From: Arenicellales bacterium
Lineage (GTDB): Bacteria; Pseudomonadota; Gammaproteobacteria; Arenicellales; Poriferihabitantaceae
Assembly: GCA_963693025.1 (NCBI GenBank)
Contig: OY843749.1
Location: 2,711,208 to 2,775,207 of the forward strand
Direction: 5' to 3'
Length of the DNA: 64,000 nucleotides
Shown: positions 1 to 9,907 of the stretch, piece by piece
Numbering within the stretch: the stretch's first letter is position 1
Layout: the number at the start of each line of letters is the position of its first letter
Translations under genes and position numbers: made by a program
Notes under the pieces: model-generated
What the model saw: the letters and a program-made list of their open reading frames with translations, nothing else
Told to the model about the DNA's origin: nothing
Databases searched by the model: none

Positions 1-231
1 CACCACCAGAGCGCTTTCGCCAAACGCATTGAAAGTCAAATAATCGCGCGCATCGGGCAAGTCACTGACATGCCCCGCCAACAACCAACGACGCTTAAAC
101 AAAACCTCCACCTCAAGCCCCAAAAACTCCTCACTCCCATAAGTCCACGGCGCCAACAGTTTCCCGCCGCGCGCCCGCCGAGTGTTCTCCTTGCGGGTAA
201 CGAAAGCGGATGGTTCTATTCGGGCGGTCAT
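1..231 (-). CDS. Rieske aromatic ring-hydroxylating oxygenase alpha subunit, N-terminal part (runs off the window)
   Basis: Manual translation MTARIEPS...LLAPWTYGSEEFLGLEVEVLFKRRWLLAGHVSDLPDARDYLTFNAFGESALVV matches the pre-Rieske N-terminal motif of this family. Not in the ORF track because it is truncated; alternative in-frame ATG at 261. Confidence 0.7.
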   Translation of the reverse strand, partial: MTARIEPSAFVTRKENTRRARGGKLLAPWTYGSEEFLGLEVEVLFKRRWLLAGHVSDLPDARDYLTFNAFGESALVV

Positions 232-296
232 GTGAGTCGGTGTAGTGGTTTGCGCGAGCATAGCGCGATCTGGATGTGGGTTCAATGACCACTCCT

Positions 297-778
297 CGTC
301 ATTCTCGAACGATAGAAAAATACCAACTACCCGTCATTCTCGAACGGTAGAAAATAGGGAGCCGACAGGCGACCATATTTTCTTCGATTCGGGAATCTCC
401 CTAAGGCTACCGTGAATTCCAACAAAGCCCGTGCCAGTATTAGGGAGATTCCCGAGGACGCAAGTGTCCGTAAGCCGCCGCTTAAAAGAAAAAGCGCGGC
501 GGCAACGGACACTAACGCTCGAGAATGACGAGTTATATACCCGTCATTCTCGAACGATAGAAAAATAAGGAGCGCCAGCGACTATATTTTTCATCGCCTT
601 CGGGAATCTCCCTAAGGCTACCGTGAATTCCAACAAAGCCCGTGCCAGTATTAGGGAGATTCCCGAGGGCGCAAGTGTCCGTAAGCCGCCGCTTAAAAGA
701 AGAAGCGCGGCGGCAAACGGACACTAACGCTCGAGAATGACGAAGTGGTGGTGAATGACGACGTTGTTGTGAATGACG
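297..778. repeat. Palindromic REP-like repeat cluster 1 (two tandem units, minus orientation)
   Basis: CGTCATTCTCGA...TCGAGAATGACG ends; internal hairpins GGGAATCTCCCTAAG...TTAGGGAGATTCCC and GTGTCCGT...ACGGACAC. Confidence 0.95.
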
Positions 779-813
779 TGGTTTTGTTCTTGTCAACTCT
801 ACTCGACAGCCCC

Positions 814-1758
814 CTAATAAAACGCCGCATCCCCCACAGGCCGAGTCTTAAACCGCCGGTGCGACCAGAAGTACTGCTCCGGCGCATACTCTATCAACGC
901 TTCAACCGCCCGGTTCATCGCGGTGGCGTCGCGCACCTCATCACCGCAAGGGTAGTCGGCGAGTGGGGGTTGGAAGATGATTTCGAATCCTCGTCCGCCG
1001 GGTAGGATTCGTGTGGCGCAGGGGATTACCGTGGCGTTGGTCATGCGGGCGATGCGGCCTAGGGCGGCGAAGGTGGCGGTGGGGATGGTGTAGAACGGGG
1101 CGAACACGCCTTTGTTTCTTCCGGGGTCTTGGTCGGGCAGGTAGTAGAACTGGCAGCCTCGGCGAATCGATTTGATCATCGCCGCGGCGGCGCGCTTGCG
1201 GACATACTGCACCACGCCGAAGCGCGAGCGGTGTTGTTTGATGAGCGCGTCGAGCAGCGGGTTTTTGTTGTGCTGATACATGCTAACCATCGGCGCCAGC
1301 GTGGACAGGTAGATGCCGCCGTATTCCAAGCCGACAAAATGCGGCGCGAGGAGGATGATGTTTTCGCCGCGGTGTTTGGCGCGCTCGATGAACTCGTGGT
1401 TTCGCAGCCGGGTCAGCCGGTTGAGCCGGGCGGGACTGCTCCACCACGCCACCCCGCTCGCCAGAACCGCCACAACCAGCATGCGGAAATGGCGCTGCGC
1501 GAGCGCGTGAATTTCCGCGCCGGTTTTGTCCGGGAAGCAGGCGCTCAGGTTGCGGCGGGTGATGTTGCGCCGCGGACGATGCGCCCAGTAAGCGAGTTGC
1601 CCGCCGGCGATGCCGAGCCAATACACCACCGGCAGCGGCAGCCACGACAGCCCCCTCAGCGCGCCGACCATCAACCAGATGTGCCAGAAACGCGCGCCGC
1701 AAAACTGTTTGAACAGGGCGGTCAGCGACGGTTGCATGCGGAGGCTTTGGATTTTCAC
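814..1758 (-). CDS. Lipid A biosynthesis acyltransferase (LpxL/LpxP family)
   Basis: H(x4)E motif PHFVGLE, YLPDQD, FAPFY, APEQYFWSHRRFKTRP; start may be ATG at 1737. Confidence 0.85.
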   Translation of the reverse strand: MKIQSLRMQPSLTALFKQFCGARFWHIWLMVGALRGLSWLPLPVVYWLGIAGGQLAYWAHRPRRNITRRNLSACFPDKTGAEIHALAQRHFRMLVVAVLASGVAWWSSPARLNRLTRLRNHEFIERAKHRGENIILLAPHFVGLEYGGIYLSTLAPMVSMYQHNKNPLLDALIKQHRSRFGVVQYVRKRAAAAMIKSIRRGCQFYYLPDQDPGRNKGVFAPFYTIPTATFAALGRIARMTNATVIPCATRILPGGRGFEIIFQPPLADYPCGDEVRDATAMNRAVEALIEYAPEQYFWSHRRFKTRPVGDAAFY

Positions 1759-1911
1759 CGGCGGGAAAAAGGGGCGATTATGTCTGACAAGTTCAGGCGG
1801 TTGATGGTATACTCCGCCGTCGTGCGATGCACAAGGATTGTAAACCCTGCCGGGCTAGTCGACCGCCCATTAAAGCAGTTCTGAAACCCGTTTGCCCGTT
1901 GGGAGTCGTGA

Positions 1912-3771
1912 GTGACCGAAACCATACACCTTAGCGCTGAGATGATTGGGGTGTTGGGTATATTGGCTTTCACCATTTATTTATTCGCGTTTGAGGTGGT
2001 GCGGGTGGACGTCGCCGCCATCTCCATCATGGTGCTGATTGGGCTCAGCAGTCTGATTCCCGGTTACGGTGGGCTGATTGACCCGCAGGAAGTTTTCATC
2101 GGGTTGTCGAGCAACGCGGTCATCTCCATCGTCGCCGTCATGATTATCGGCGCCGGGCTCGACCGCACCGGCATCATGGGGCAACTGGCGGGCAAAATCC
2201 TCAAACTGGGCGGCGCCACCGAGGGCCGCGTGATTGTGCTCATCTCAAGCGTGGTCGGCGTGCTCTCCAGTTTCATGCAGAACATCGGCGCCGCCGCGCT
2301 GTTCCTGCCGGTGGTCAACCGCATCGCCCGGCAGGGCAATCTGGCGAGTTCCCGGCTGCTGATGCCGATGGGGTTTTGCGCGATTCTCGGCGGCACCATC
2401 ACCATGATCGGCTCAAGCCCGCTGATTCTGCTCAACGACCTCATCGAAAAATCCAACCGCGCGCTGCCCGCCGACGCGCCGCCGATGGACACCTTCGGCT
2501 TGTTCGCGGTCACGCCGGTGGGAATCGCATTGCTGTTTCTCGGCGTGTGTTACTTCGTCTTTCTTGGCCGCTTCGTGTTGCCCGTCATCAAACACAAGCC
2601 GGGCGAATCGGGCAGCATGCTCAAATATTTCAAGGAAGTTTACGGCATCGCCGGGGAAGTCTATGAATGCAAGGTCACCCGCGACAGCCCGCTGATTGGC
2701 AAGGCGCTGTCGGATGTCGACGCCGCCGGCAGGGCGGGTTGGATCATCGCATTGCGCTCCGGCGACGACCTGACCGTCGCGCCCAGGGGGGATTCGGAAT
2801 TCTTCGAGGGCAGCGAAATGGCAATCATGGGCAGGCGCGACGACGTCTTTGACTTCGCCAAGGAATACGCGCTTCGGGTGCGCAACGAGATGGATGTGTT
2901 CGCCGAGGTGCTGAGCACGACCAGCGCCGGCATCGCGGAAATCGTCATCATGCCGGACTCCTCCATCATCGGAAAGAGCATCAAGGAAGCGCAAATCCGC
3001 AAGAAATACGGCGCCACGGTGCTGGCGGTGTTTCGCGCCGACGACGTCATCGACCAAGACCTCGGCGACTTGGTCATGCAATCCGGCGACACGCTGGTGG
3101 TGCACATTCGCTGGGGGCAGTTGATTCCAATCGCCGACGACCGCCACGACTTCGCCGTGGTCACGGACTTCCCCCGCGAAGACAGCCGCCCGGAAAAAAT
3201 CAAATACGCCGCCGGATTTTTCGCCCTGACGCTGTACCTTGCGCTGTTCACCGACATGCGCCTGTCTATCGCCCTGATGACCGGCGCCATCGGCATGATC
3301 CTCTCCGGCGTCATCAAAATCGAAGAAGCCTACCGCGCCATCGGCTGGCAAAGCGTCTTCCTGCTGGCAAGCCTCATCCCGCTCGGCATCGCCATGCAAG
3401 AAACCGGCACCGCAGCGTGGATCGCCCAGCAGATACTGCTGCTACTCGGCGATGTGCCGCAATGGGTGTTGCAAGCCGTGCTGGCAATCATGGCAACCGT
3501 ATTCACCCTGCTGATGTCCAACGTCGGAGCCACCGTCCTACTGGTGCCACTCGCCATCAACATCGCCCTCCACACCGGCGCCAACCCCGCCGTATTCGCC
3601 CTAACCGTAGCGCTCGCCACCTCAAACTCCTTCCTAATCCCCACCCACCAAGTCAACGCCCTAATAATGGGCCCCGGCGGCTACCACGTATCCGACTTCC
3701 TAAAAGCCGGCAGTATTATGACTGTTATGTTTTTGGTGGTGATGATTTCGATGTTGACTTTGTTCTACTAG
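1912..3771 (+). CDS. SLC13/CitMHS-type permease with two TrkA_C domains
   Basis: Hydrophobic N- and C-halves, GGTITMIGSSPLILL, two central RCK_C-like repeats, C-terminal PTHQVNALIMGPGGY. Confidence 0.85.
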   Translation: MTETIHLSAEMIGVLGILAFTIYLFAFEVVRVDVAAISIMVLIGLSSLIPGYGGLIDPQEVFIGLSSNAVISIVAVMIIGAGLDRTGIMGQLAGKILKLGGATEGRVIVLISSVVGVLSSFMQNIGAAALFLPVVNRIARQGNLASSRLLMPMGFCAILGGTITMIGSSPLILLNDLIEKSNRALPADAPPMDTFGLFAVTPVGIALLFLGVCYFVFLGRFVLPVIKHKPGESGSMLKYFKEVYGIAGEVYECKVTRDSPLIGKALSDVDAAGRAGWIIALRSGDDLTVAPRGDSEFFEGSEMAIMGRRDDVFDFAKEYALRVRNEMDVFAEVLSTTSAGIAEIVIMPDSSIIGKSIKEAQIRKKYGATVLAVFRADDVIDQDLGDLVMQSGDTLVVHIRWGQLIPIADDRHDFAVVTDFPREDSRPEKIKYAAGFFALTLYLALFTDMRLSIALMTGAIGMILSGVIKIEEAYRAIGWQSVFLLASLIPLGIAMQETGTAAWIAQQILLLLGDVPQWVLQAVLAIMATVFTLLMSNVGATVLLVPLAINIALHTGANPAVFALTVALATSNSFLIPTHQVNALIMGPGGYHVSDFLKAGSIMTVMFLVVMISMLTLFY

Positions 3772-3784
3772 AACCTCCCTGCTT

Positions 3785-4408
3785 CGTCATTCCCAACTAC
3801 TCGTCATTCTCGAGCGTTAGTGTCCGTTGCCGCCGCGCGCCCCGCCGTCATTCTCGAGCGTTAGTGTCCGTTGCCGCCGCGCTTTTTCTTTTAAGCGGCG
3901 GCTTACGGACACTTACGTCCTCGGGAATCTCCCTAAGGTTGGCGCTGAGCCCAAACAAAGCCATTCCCGCAGTCTTTTAAGCGACAACAGCGTCTTTTTG
4001 TCGGTGGCACAATGGACGTGGGAGGTGACGATGGTTTGCCATCCATGGACGACTGGATTCCCGCGTCCTCAGGCAGTGTAAAAACTCCAAAAATAAAGCG
4101 GCACATGAAAAATTTTCCCACCGACATAGCAAAAACTCGCATAAAAAGGGATAAGTTTCCCATCTCGCCCCTGTTTTATGCAATTTTGAGGAATATTTTC
4201 CCACCCTTTCGATATGCGGAGAGTTTTTACACAGGCTGGTCCTGCGAGAATGACGGCACGGGCTTCGGTAAAGTCCACGCTAAACTTAGGGAGATTCCCG
4301 AGGTCGTAAGCGCCCGTAAGCCGCTACGCGGCAACGGGCGCTAACGCTCGAGAATGACGAGTACTTGGGAATGACGAAGTTAGGCGCTCCCTATTTTTCA
4401 GAATGACG
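3785..4408. repeat. REP-like repeat cluster 2 (contains MITE)
   Basis: Same core units in inverted arrangement; dRS3-like CTGGATTCCCGC..GCGAGAATGACG module interrupted at 4070-4238. Confidence 0.95.
4070..4238. mobile_element. 169-bp MITE with IS1182-type ends
   Basis: 18-bp TIRs CAGGCAGTGTAAAAACTC / GAGTTTTTACACAGGCTG similar to the ends of the IS at 16468-18088; 5-bp direct repeat GTCCT at 4065-4069 and 4239-4243; AT-rich interior. Confidence 0.85.
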
Positions 4409-5686
4409 AGCGGTACCCATAACCCAAACCCCATTAACCACACGGTCATCCCCCAACATTTGCAGTATAAACAACTTCTCCGCAATGCTCGCACACGCCG
4501 CTATCCTGAATTGGATTAACGGGGTGGCGTGGTAGTTTAGGGTGATGAAGTCGGCTTCTTTGCCGGGTTCGAAGTTGCCGATGGTGCGTTGTAGGTCGAG
4601 GGCTTTGGCGCCGCCGAGGGTGGCCAGGTAGAGGGCGCGTAGTGGGGGGAGGTTGTGTTGTTGTAACTGTTGTACTTTGTAGGCTTCGTTGATGACTCTC
4701 AGCAGCGAAAAACTGTCGCCGCCGCCGATGTCGCTGCCTAAGCCGACTCGGACGCGGTGGGTGTCGGCTTTGTGTAGCGCGAACAGGCCGCTGCCGATGA
4801 ACAGGTTGGAGGTCGGGCAGAATGCGATGTTGGAATCGCTTGCCGCGAGCCGCGCCCATTCGCGTTCGCTGAGGTGGATGCCGTGGGCGAATACCGAGCG
4901 TCTGCCGAGCAAGCCGTGGCGGTCATAGACATCCAGATAGTCGCGGCACTGCGGAAACAACTCCGCCACCCATTCGCATTCGCGGGCGTTTTCGGCGATG
5001 TGTGTCTGCAGGTGGACGCCGGGGTTTTCGGCGAGCAGTTTGCCCGCCGCTTGCAACTGCGCGTCGGATGAAGTGACGGCGAAGCGCGGGGTGACGGCGT
5101 AGCCCAGCCGCCCCTTGCCGTGCCACCGCGCGAGCAAGTCGCGGCTGTCGTCAAAACCGGATTGCGCGGTGTCGCACAGCGCTTCGGGGGCGTTGCGGTC
5201 CATCATCACCTTGCCGCAAATCATGCGCAGGTTTCGTGCTTCGGCGGCGCTGAAAAACGCGTCCACCGATTGCGGGTGAACCGTGCCGAACACGAGCGCG
5301 GTGGTGGTGCCGTTGCGCAACAATTCATCGAGGAAAAACGCGGCGATGCGCTCGGCATGCGCGCGCTCGGCGAAGCGCGCTTCCGCCGGATAGGTGTGCT
5401 CTTCCAACCAGTCCAGCAACTGCGCGCCATACGCCGCGACCACCTCGCACTGGGGGTAGTGAATGTGCGCGTCGATAAAACCGGGCACAATCAACGCATC
5501 CCGATGCTCGGTCACCTCGGCGCGGGGGTAGCGCGGCAGAACATCGGCGGCGTCGCCACACGCGGCGACATGCCCTTGCTCGACGACCAGCGCGCCGTCG
5601 GTGAAATGCCGCCACGCCGCCTCGCCGTGCTCGCCGGGGTCTTCTAAAAAATGCAGGATTTCGCCGCGGTGCGCCGCTACACTCAT
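4391..5686 (-). CDS. guaD: Guanine deaminase
   Basis: PGFIDAHIHYPQ, LLRNGTTTA, YAVTPRFA, QTHIAEN, FCPTSNLFIGSGLF, GSDIGGG amidohydrolase motifs; next to uraD/uraH. Confidence 0.93.
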   Translation of the reverse strand: MSVAAHRGEILHFLEDPGEHGEAAWRHFTDGALVVEQGHVAACGDAADVLPRYPRAEVTEHRDALIVPGFIDAHIHYPQCEVVAAYGAQLLDWLEEHTYPAEARFAERAHAERIAAFFLDELLRNGTTTALVFGTVHPQSVDAFFSAAEARNLRMICGKVMMDRNAPEALCDTAQSGFDDSRDLLARWHGKGRLGYAVTPRFAVTSSDAQLQAAGKLLAENPGVHLQTHIAENARECEWVAELFPQCRDYLDVYDRHGLLGRRSVFAHGIHLSEREWARLAASDSNIAFCPTSNLFIGSGLFALHKADTHRVRVGLGSDIGGGDSFSLLRVINEAYKVQQLQQHNLPPLRALYLATLGGAKALDLQRTIGNFEPGKEADFITLNYHATPLIQFRIAACASIAEKLFILQMLGDDRVVNGVWVMGTARHSEK

Positions 5687-5810
5687 GGGCTCATGCGCTC
5701 ATCGCTCATCAAAGGGTGGTATTTCAGTATAATGAATTGCCGCCCCGATTTGCCGGCGGCCAACGCATTTGATTCTTGACCGCCGCGCCGGAATTTTCAA
5801 CAATCCATCC

Positions 5811-6317
5811 ATGACGACCCTCGACCAATTCAACCGGCTGGGAGCCGCCGCCGCCTTTGAGCTGATTGCGCGTTGTTGCGCGAGCGCCCGCTGGTCCAAA
5901 CGGATGGTCGCATCGCGCCCCTATGGCTCGGTTGACGAACTGACCCAAGCCGCCGACCGGCACTGGCGCTCGCTGGCACAACGCGATTGGCTCGAAGCCT
6001 TTGGCGGCCACCCTAAAATCGGCGACCCGAATTCCGCCAACGGCGCGCACGCCGGCAACCGCCGCATTGCCGCCGCCGAACAAGCCGGCGCCGCCGACGC
6101 AACGGCGCGGGTGAGCGCGTCGCTGGCACGGCACAACGGTGTCTACGAAGAAAAGTTTGGCTTCATCTTCATCGTCTGCGCGAGCGGCAAAACCGCCGAG
6201 CAAATGCTGAGCGGGTTGCGCGCGCGTCTGCACAACACGCGCGCCGAGGAACTCGTCAACGCCGCCGAAGAGCAGCGCAAAATCACGCAACTTCGCATCC
6301 GCAAACTGTTTGCGTAA
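5811..6317 (+). CDS. uraD: OHCU decarboxylase
   Basis: EAFGGHPKIG, YEEKFGFIFIVCASGK, EEQRKIT.LR; ATG at 5811 chosen as start. Confidence 0.9.
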   Translation: MTTLDQFNRLGAAAAFELIARCCASARWSKRMVASRPYGSVDELTQAADRHWRSLAQRDWLEAFGGHPKIGDPNSANGAHAGNRRIAAAEQAGAADATARVSASLARHNGVYEEKFGFIFIVCASGKTAEQMLSGLRARLHNTRAEELVNAAEEQRKITQLRIRKLFA

Positions 6318-6668
6318 ATGAGCCAAATCACCACCCACATTCTGGACACCTCGCGCGGGAAACCGGCGGCGGGCGTGCGCGTGGTGTTGACGCAACGGTG
6401 CGGCGACCCCGCGAGCGAATGGCGCGAACTCGGCGCCGGCATCACCGACGACGACGGGCGCGTCTCCGGCTTGTTGGACGCCGGCGTCACATTGGCGGCG
6501 GGCGAATACAAACTGCTCTTCGACACCGGCGAATACTTCCGCGCCGCCGCCACGCCGTGCTTTTATCCGCGCGTGGAAATCACCTTCCATATCGCCGGCG
6601 ACGGCGAGCATTACCACGTCCCGCTGTTGCTCAATCCCTTCGGCTATTCCACCTACCGGGGCAGTTGA
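6318..6668 (+). CDS. uraH: 5-hydroxyisourate hydrolase (transthyretin-like)
   Basis: ITTHILDT..G.PA, HYHVPLLL.PFGYSTYRGS C-terminal signature. Confidence 0.95.
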   Translation: MSQITTHILDTSRGKPAAGVRVVLTQRCGDPASEWRELGAGITDDDGRVSGLLDAGVTLAAGEYKLLFDTGEYFRAAATPCFYPRVEITFHIAGDGEHYHVPLLLNPFGYSTYRGS

Positions 6669-6696
6669 GCCGAACACCGCACACCGAACACACCGA

Positions 6697-7851
6697 ATGA
6701 TAGCCAACTGGAATTACCCCACCGCCATCCGCGCGGGCGCCGGGCGCATCGGCGAACTGCCCGCCATCTGCGCGGAGTTTCATATCGCGGCGCCGTTGCT
6801 GGTGACCGACCCCGGTCTCGTGCGCCTGCCGCTGGTCGCCGAGCGCGTTGCCGCCTGTGAAAACGCCGGGCTGGCGATTGCGGTGTTCAGCGAGATTAAA
6901 CCCAACCCGACCGGGCAGAATGTGCGCGCCGGCGTCGAGGCGTTTCGGCGCGGCGGGCACGACGGCGTCATCGCCTTCGGCGGCGGCAGCGGTTTGGATG
7001 TCGGCAAAACCGTCGCCGTCATCGCCCGGCAGACATGCCCGCTGTGGGAGTTGGAAGATGTCGGCGACAACTGGCGGCGCGCGGACTCGGCGCGCATCGC
7101 CCCCATCATCGCCGCGCCGACCACCGCCGGCACCGGCTCCGAGGTCGGGCGTGCTTCGCTCATCGTCAATCAAACCGAGCGGCGCAAGGTCATCATTTTC
7201 CACCCGCAGATGCTGCCCGGCTGCGTCATCCTCGACCCCGAACTGACCGTCGGACTGCCGCCCGCGCTGACCGCCGCCACCGGAATGGACGCGCTCTCGC
7301 ACAACCTCGAAGCCTATTGCTCGCCGGCGTTTCACCCGATGGCGGAGGGCATCGCCATCGAGGGCATGCGCTTGATTAAGAACCACCTCGCCGCCGCGGT
7401 TGAAAACGGCGCCGACTTGGACGCGCGCCGCGCGATGCTGACCGCTTCGATGATGGGCGCGACCGCCTTCCAGCGCGGGCTCGGCGCCATGCACGCGCTC
7501 GCCCATCCGCTCGGCGCGCTGTATGACGCCCACCACGGCACGCTCAACGCCATCCTCATGCCATATATTTTGCTCGCCAACCGCGCGGCAATCGAGACGC
7601 GCATCGCCAGGCTGGCGCGCTACCTTGAATTGCCGCCCGACTTTGACGCCTTTCTGAATTGGGTGCTCGCGCTCAGAGAGCAAATCGCCATCCCCAACGA
7701 CCTGTCGCAAATCGGAATAGACGCCGCGCGCGTGGACGAAATCGGCGCGATGGCGCTCGCCGACCCATCCGCCGCCACCAACCCCATCCCCTTCGCCGCC
7801 GACGCTTACGCCCAACTCGCCGCGCGCGCGGTGCGGGGCGAGTTGGGCTGA
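6697..7851 (+). CDS. Iron-containing alcohol dehydrogenase family protein
   Basis: GGGSGLD, PTTAGTGSE, TGMDALSHNLE, HALAH, HHG motifs. Confidence 0.9.
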   Translation: MIANWNYPTAIRAGAGRIGELPAICAEFHIAAPLLVTDPGLVRLPLVAERVAACENAGLAIAVFSEIKPNPTGQNVRAGVEAFRRGGHDGVIAFGGGSGLDVGKTVAVIARQTCPLWELEDVGDNWRRADSARIAPIIAAPTTAGTGSEVGRASLIVNQTERRKVIIFHPQMLPGCVILDPELTVGLPPALTAATGMDALSHNLEAYCSPAFHPMAEGIAIEGMRLIKNHLAAAVENGADLDARRAMLTASMMGATAFQRGLGAMHALAHPLGALYDAHHGTLNAILMPYILLANRAAIETRIARLARYLELPPDFDAFLNWVLALREQIAIPNDLSQIGIDAARVDEIGAMALADPSAATNPIPFAADAYAQLAARAVRGELG

Positions 7852-7882
7852 GCGGGCGCGCCACGCCGCCCCGGTAGCGAAC

Positions 7883-9727
7883 ATGGCAACCCGAAAAGCC
7901 GCCCGCAAGCCGCGCCGCAAGCCCAAGCCCTCGCCGCCGGTTTCAACCGCGTGCAAAACCGCGTCCGCATCCGGTGATGGCGCGACGGACGACAACCGCT
8001 CCGCGCGCAAGTCGCTTTTCCCGGCGCACACGCCTTACCCCGGCGCGCTCGCGGCGTTGGCGTTGTGCCTGCTGGTGGCGCTCGCTTATTTTCCCGCGAC
8101 GCTGGCGGGGTTTGTGCTCGACGACAACGCGTTCACCGACGCCCGTCCGGTGCGAATGTGGTCGGGTCTGTGGTCGATTTGGTTTGAACCGGGCGCGCTC
8201 CAGCAGAGCGAGGGGCATTACTGGCCCGTGCTGTATTCCACCTTCTGGCTGGAGCACAAACTGTGGGGTTTCGCCCCCGCCGGTTATCACATCGTCAACC
8301 TGCTGCTGCACTGCGCGGTCACGCTGTTGCTGTGGCGTCTGCTGCGCCGGCTGGCGGTGCCGGGCGCGTGGATTGCGGCGGCGGTGTTCGCGGTGCATCC
8401 GCTGCACGTCGAGTCGGTGGCGTGGGTCATCGGGCGCAAGGATTCGCTGGCGGCGGCGTTCTATCTGGGCGCGGCGCTCGCCTACATTCGCTTCGCGCAA
8501 GACGGGCGGTGGCGGCGCTACGCCGGCGCGCTCATCCTGTTCGCGCTCGCCCTGTTGAGCAAGACCACCGTGGTCACGCTGCCCGCGTCGCTGCTGCTGT
8601 GGCACTGGTGGCAACGCGGGCGCGTCACCGCCGCCGACCTCGCGCGTGCGCTGCCGTTCGCCCTGCTGGGGCTGGGCATCACCGTCGCCGACTGGTCGTA
8701 TTACCGCGCGCTCGAAACCGTCTCCTTCGACTATTCGCTGCTTGAGCGAATGCTGATTGCGGCGCACGCGTTGTGGTTTTATGTCGGCAAACTGCTGTTG
8801 CCCCTGGAGTTGGCGGTGATTTATCCGAAGTGGACGGTCAGCGCCGCCGACCCGCTCGGTTGGGGGTATCTCGCCGCCGCCGTGGCGGTGGTGGCGGCGT
8901 TGTGGTTCTACCGGCGGCGCATCGGGCGGGGTGCGCTCGCCGGCGTGGCGTTCTTCGCAATCACGCTGTCGCCGACGCTCGGTTTCGTGGACTACGGCTA
9001 CATGCAATTCTCCTTCGTCGCCGACCGCTATCAATACCTCGCCGGCGCCGGCGTGATTGCGGTGTTAGTCGGCGCGGTCACCGTCGGCGTGCGCCGGTTG
9101 CCGCGCGCGCATCGGGCGGTCTCGGGCGTGGCGGTGGCGGCGGTGCTGGCGACGCTGGCGGCGCTCTCGTGGCAGCAGTCGGGCATCTACCAGAATAAAT
9201 TCACCTACTACCGCCACATCATCGCGCTCAACCCGCAAGCCCGCTTCGCCCACTTCGGCCTCGGCAACTGGCTGTCCGCCGAAGGACGCCACGAGGAAGC
9301 GCTCGCCGCCTACCAAGCCGCCTACCGCGCCGCCCGCCAACACCCCGACGACACCACCTGGAACGGCTTCACGCTCGCCGCCATCGGTCGGGCATACGAA
9401 AAACTCGAGCGGCTGGACGAGGCGGAAGCGCACTACCGCCGGGCGGTCGAAGTCAGCGCCCGCCAGTCGAGCATCAACAGCCTCGGCGCGCTATGGCTCA
9501 AACAACGACGCTACCGCGAAGCGCTGGAACTATTCCAATCCGCCCTCGCCAGCACCCCCAACTACGCCAAAGCCCACTCCGGCGCCGGCGTCGCGCTATA
9601 CGGACTCAACCGCTACGAAGAAGCGCTGCAGAGTTTCGAACGCGCGCTGGTGTTGGACCCGTTTTTGGAAGAAGCGCGCACCAATCGTGAGTTGGCGATT
9701 AAGGCGTTGGAGGGGGAGGGTGGGTAG
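7883..9727 (+). CDS. TMTC-like membrane glycosyltransferase (GT-C) with C-terminal TPRs, paralog 1
   Basis: GFVLDD after TM1, HYWP, GYHIVN.LLH, FAVHPLHVESVAW..GRKD, ALLSK, ADRYQY, TPR repeats. Confidence 0.8.
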   Translation: MATRKAARKPRRKPKPSPPVSTACKTASASGDGATDDNRSARKSLFPAHTPYPGALAALALCLLVALAYFPATLAGFVLDDNAFTDARPVRMWSGLWSIWFEPGALQQSEGHYWPVLYSTFWLEHKLWGFAPAGYHIVNLLLHCAVTLLLWRLLRRLAVPGAWIAAAVFAVHPLHVESVAWVIGRKDSLAAAFYLGAALAYIRFAQDGRWRRYAGALILFALALLSKTTVVTLPASLLLWHWWQRGRVTAADLARALPFALLGLGITVADWSYYRALETVSFDYSLLERMLIAAHALWFYVGKLLLPLELAVIYPKWTVSAADPLGWGYLAAAVAVVAALWFYRRRIGRGALAGVAFFAITLSPTLGFVDYGYMQFSFVADRYQYLAGAGVIAVLVGAVTVGVRRLPRAHRAVSGVAVAAVLATLAALSWQQSGIYQNKFTYYRHIIALNPQARFAHFGLGNWLSAEGRHEEALAAYQAAYRAARQHPDDTTWNGFTLAAIGRAYEKLERLDEAEAHYRRAVEVSARQSSINSLGALWLKQRRYREALELFQSALASTPNYAKAHSGAGVALYGLNRYEEALQSFERALVLDPFLEEARTNRELAIKALEGEGG

Positions 9728-9752
9728 TGGGGTGGGTGGGGAGCCCCCACTT

Positions 9753-9906
9753 CGTCATTCCAACCACTTCGTCATTCTCCACTACTTCGTCATTCTCGAG
9801 CGTTAGTGTCCGTTGCCGCCGCGCTTTTTCTTTTAAGCGGCGGCTTACGGACACTTACGACCTCGGGAATCTCCCTCAGTCTGGCACGGTCTTTGTTGAA
9901 ATTCAC
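9753..9906. repeat. REP-like repeat cluster 3
   Basis: Core unit preceded by short CGTCATTC stutters. Confidence 0.95.
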
Positions 9907-9907
9907 C

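Noticed and set aside
327-1005. Recurring short ORFs such as MSVAAALFLLSGGLRTL and RHSRALVSV
   Set aside because: Translations of the palindromic repeat in variable frames with variable ends; no evidence of coding.
5724-8031. Long minus-strand ORFs 5724-6707 and 6631-8031 (and similar shadows such as 2413-3399, 12145-13116, 14714-15820, 23514-24557)
   Set aside because: Antisense shadows of well-supported genes in GC-rich DNA.
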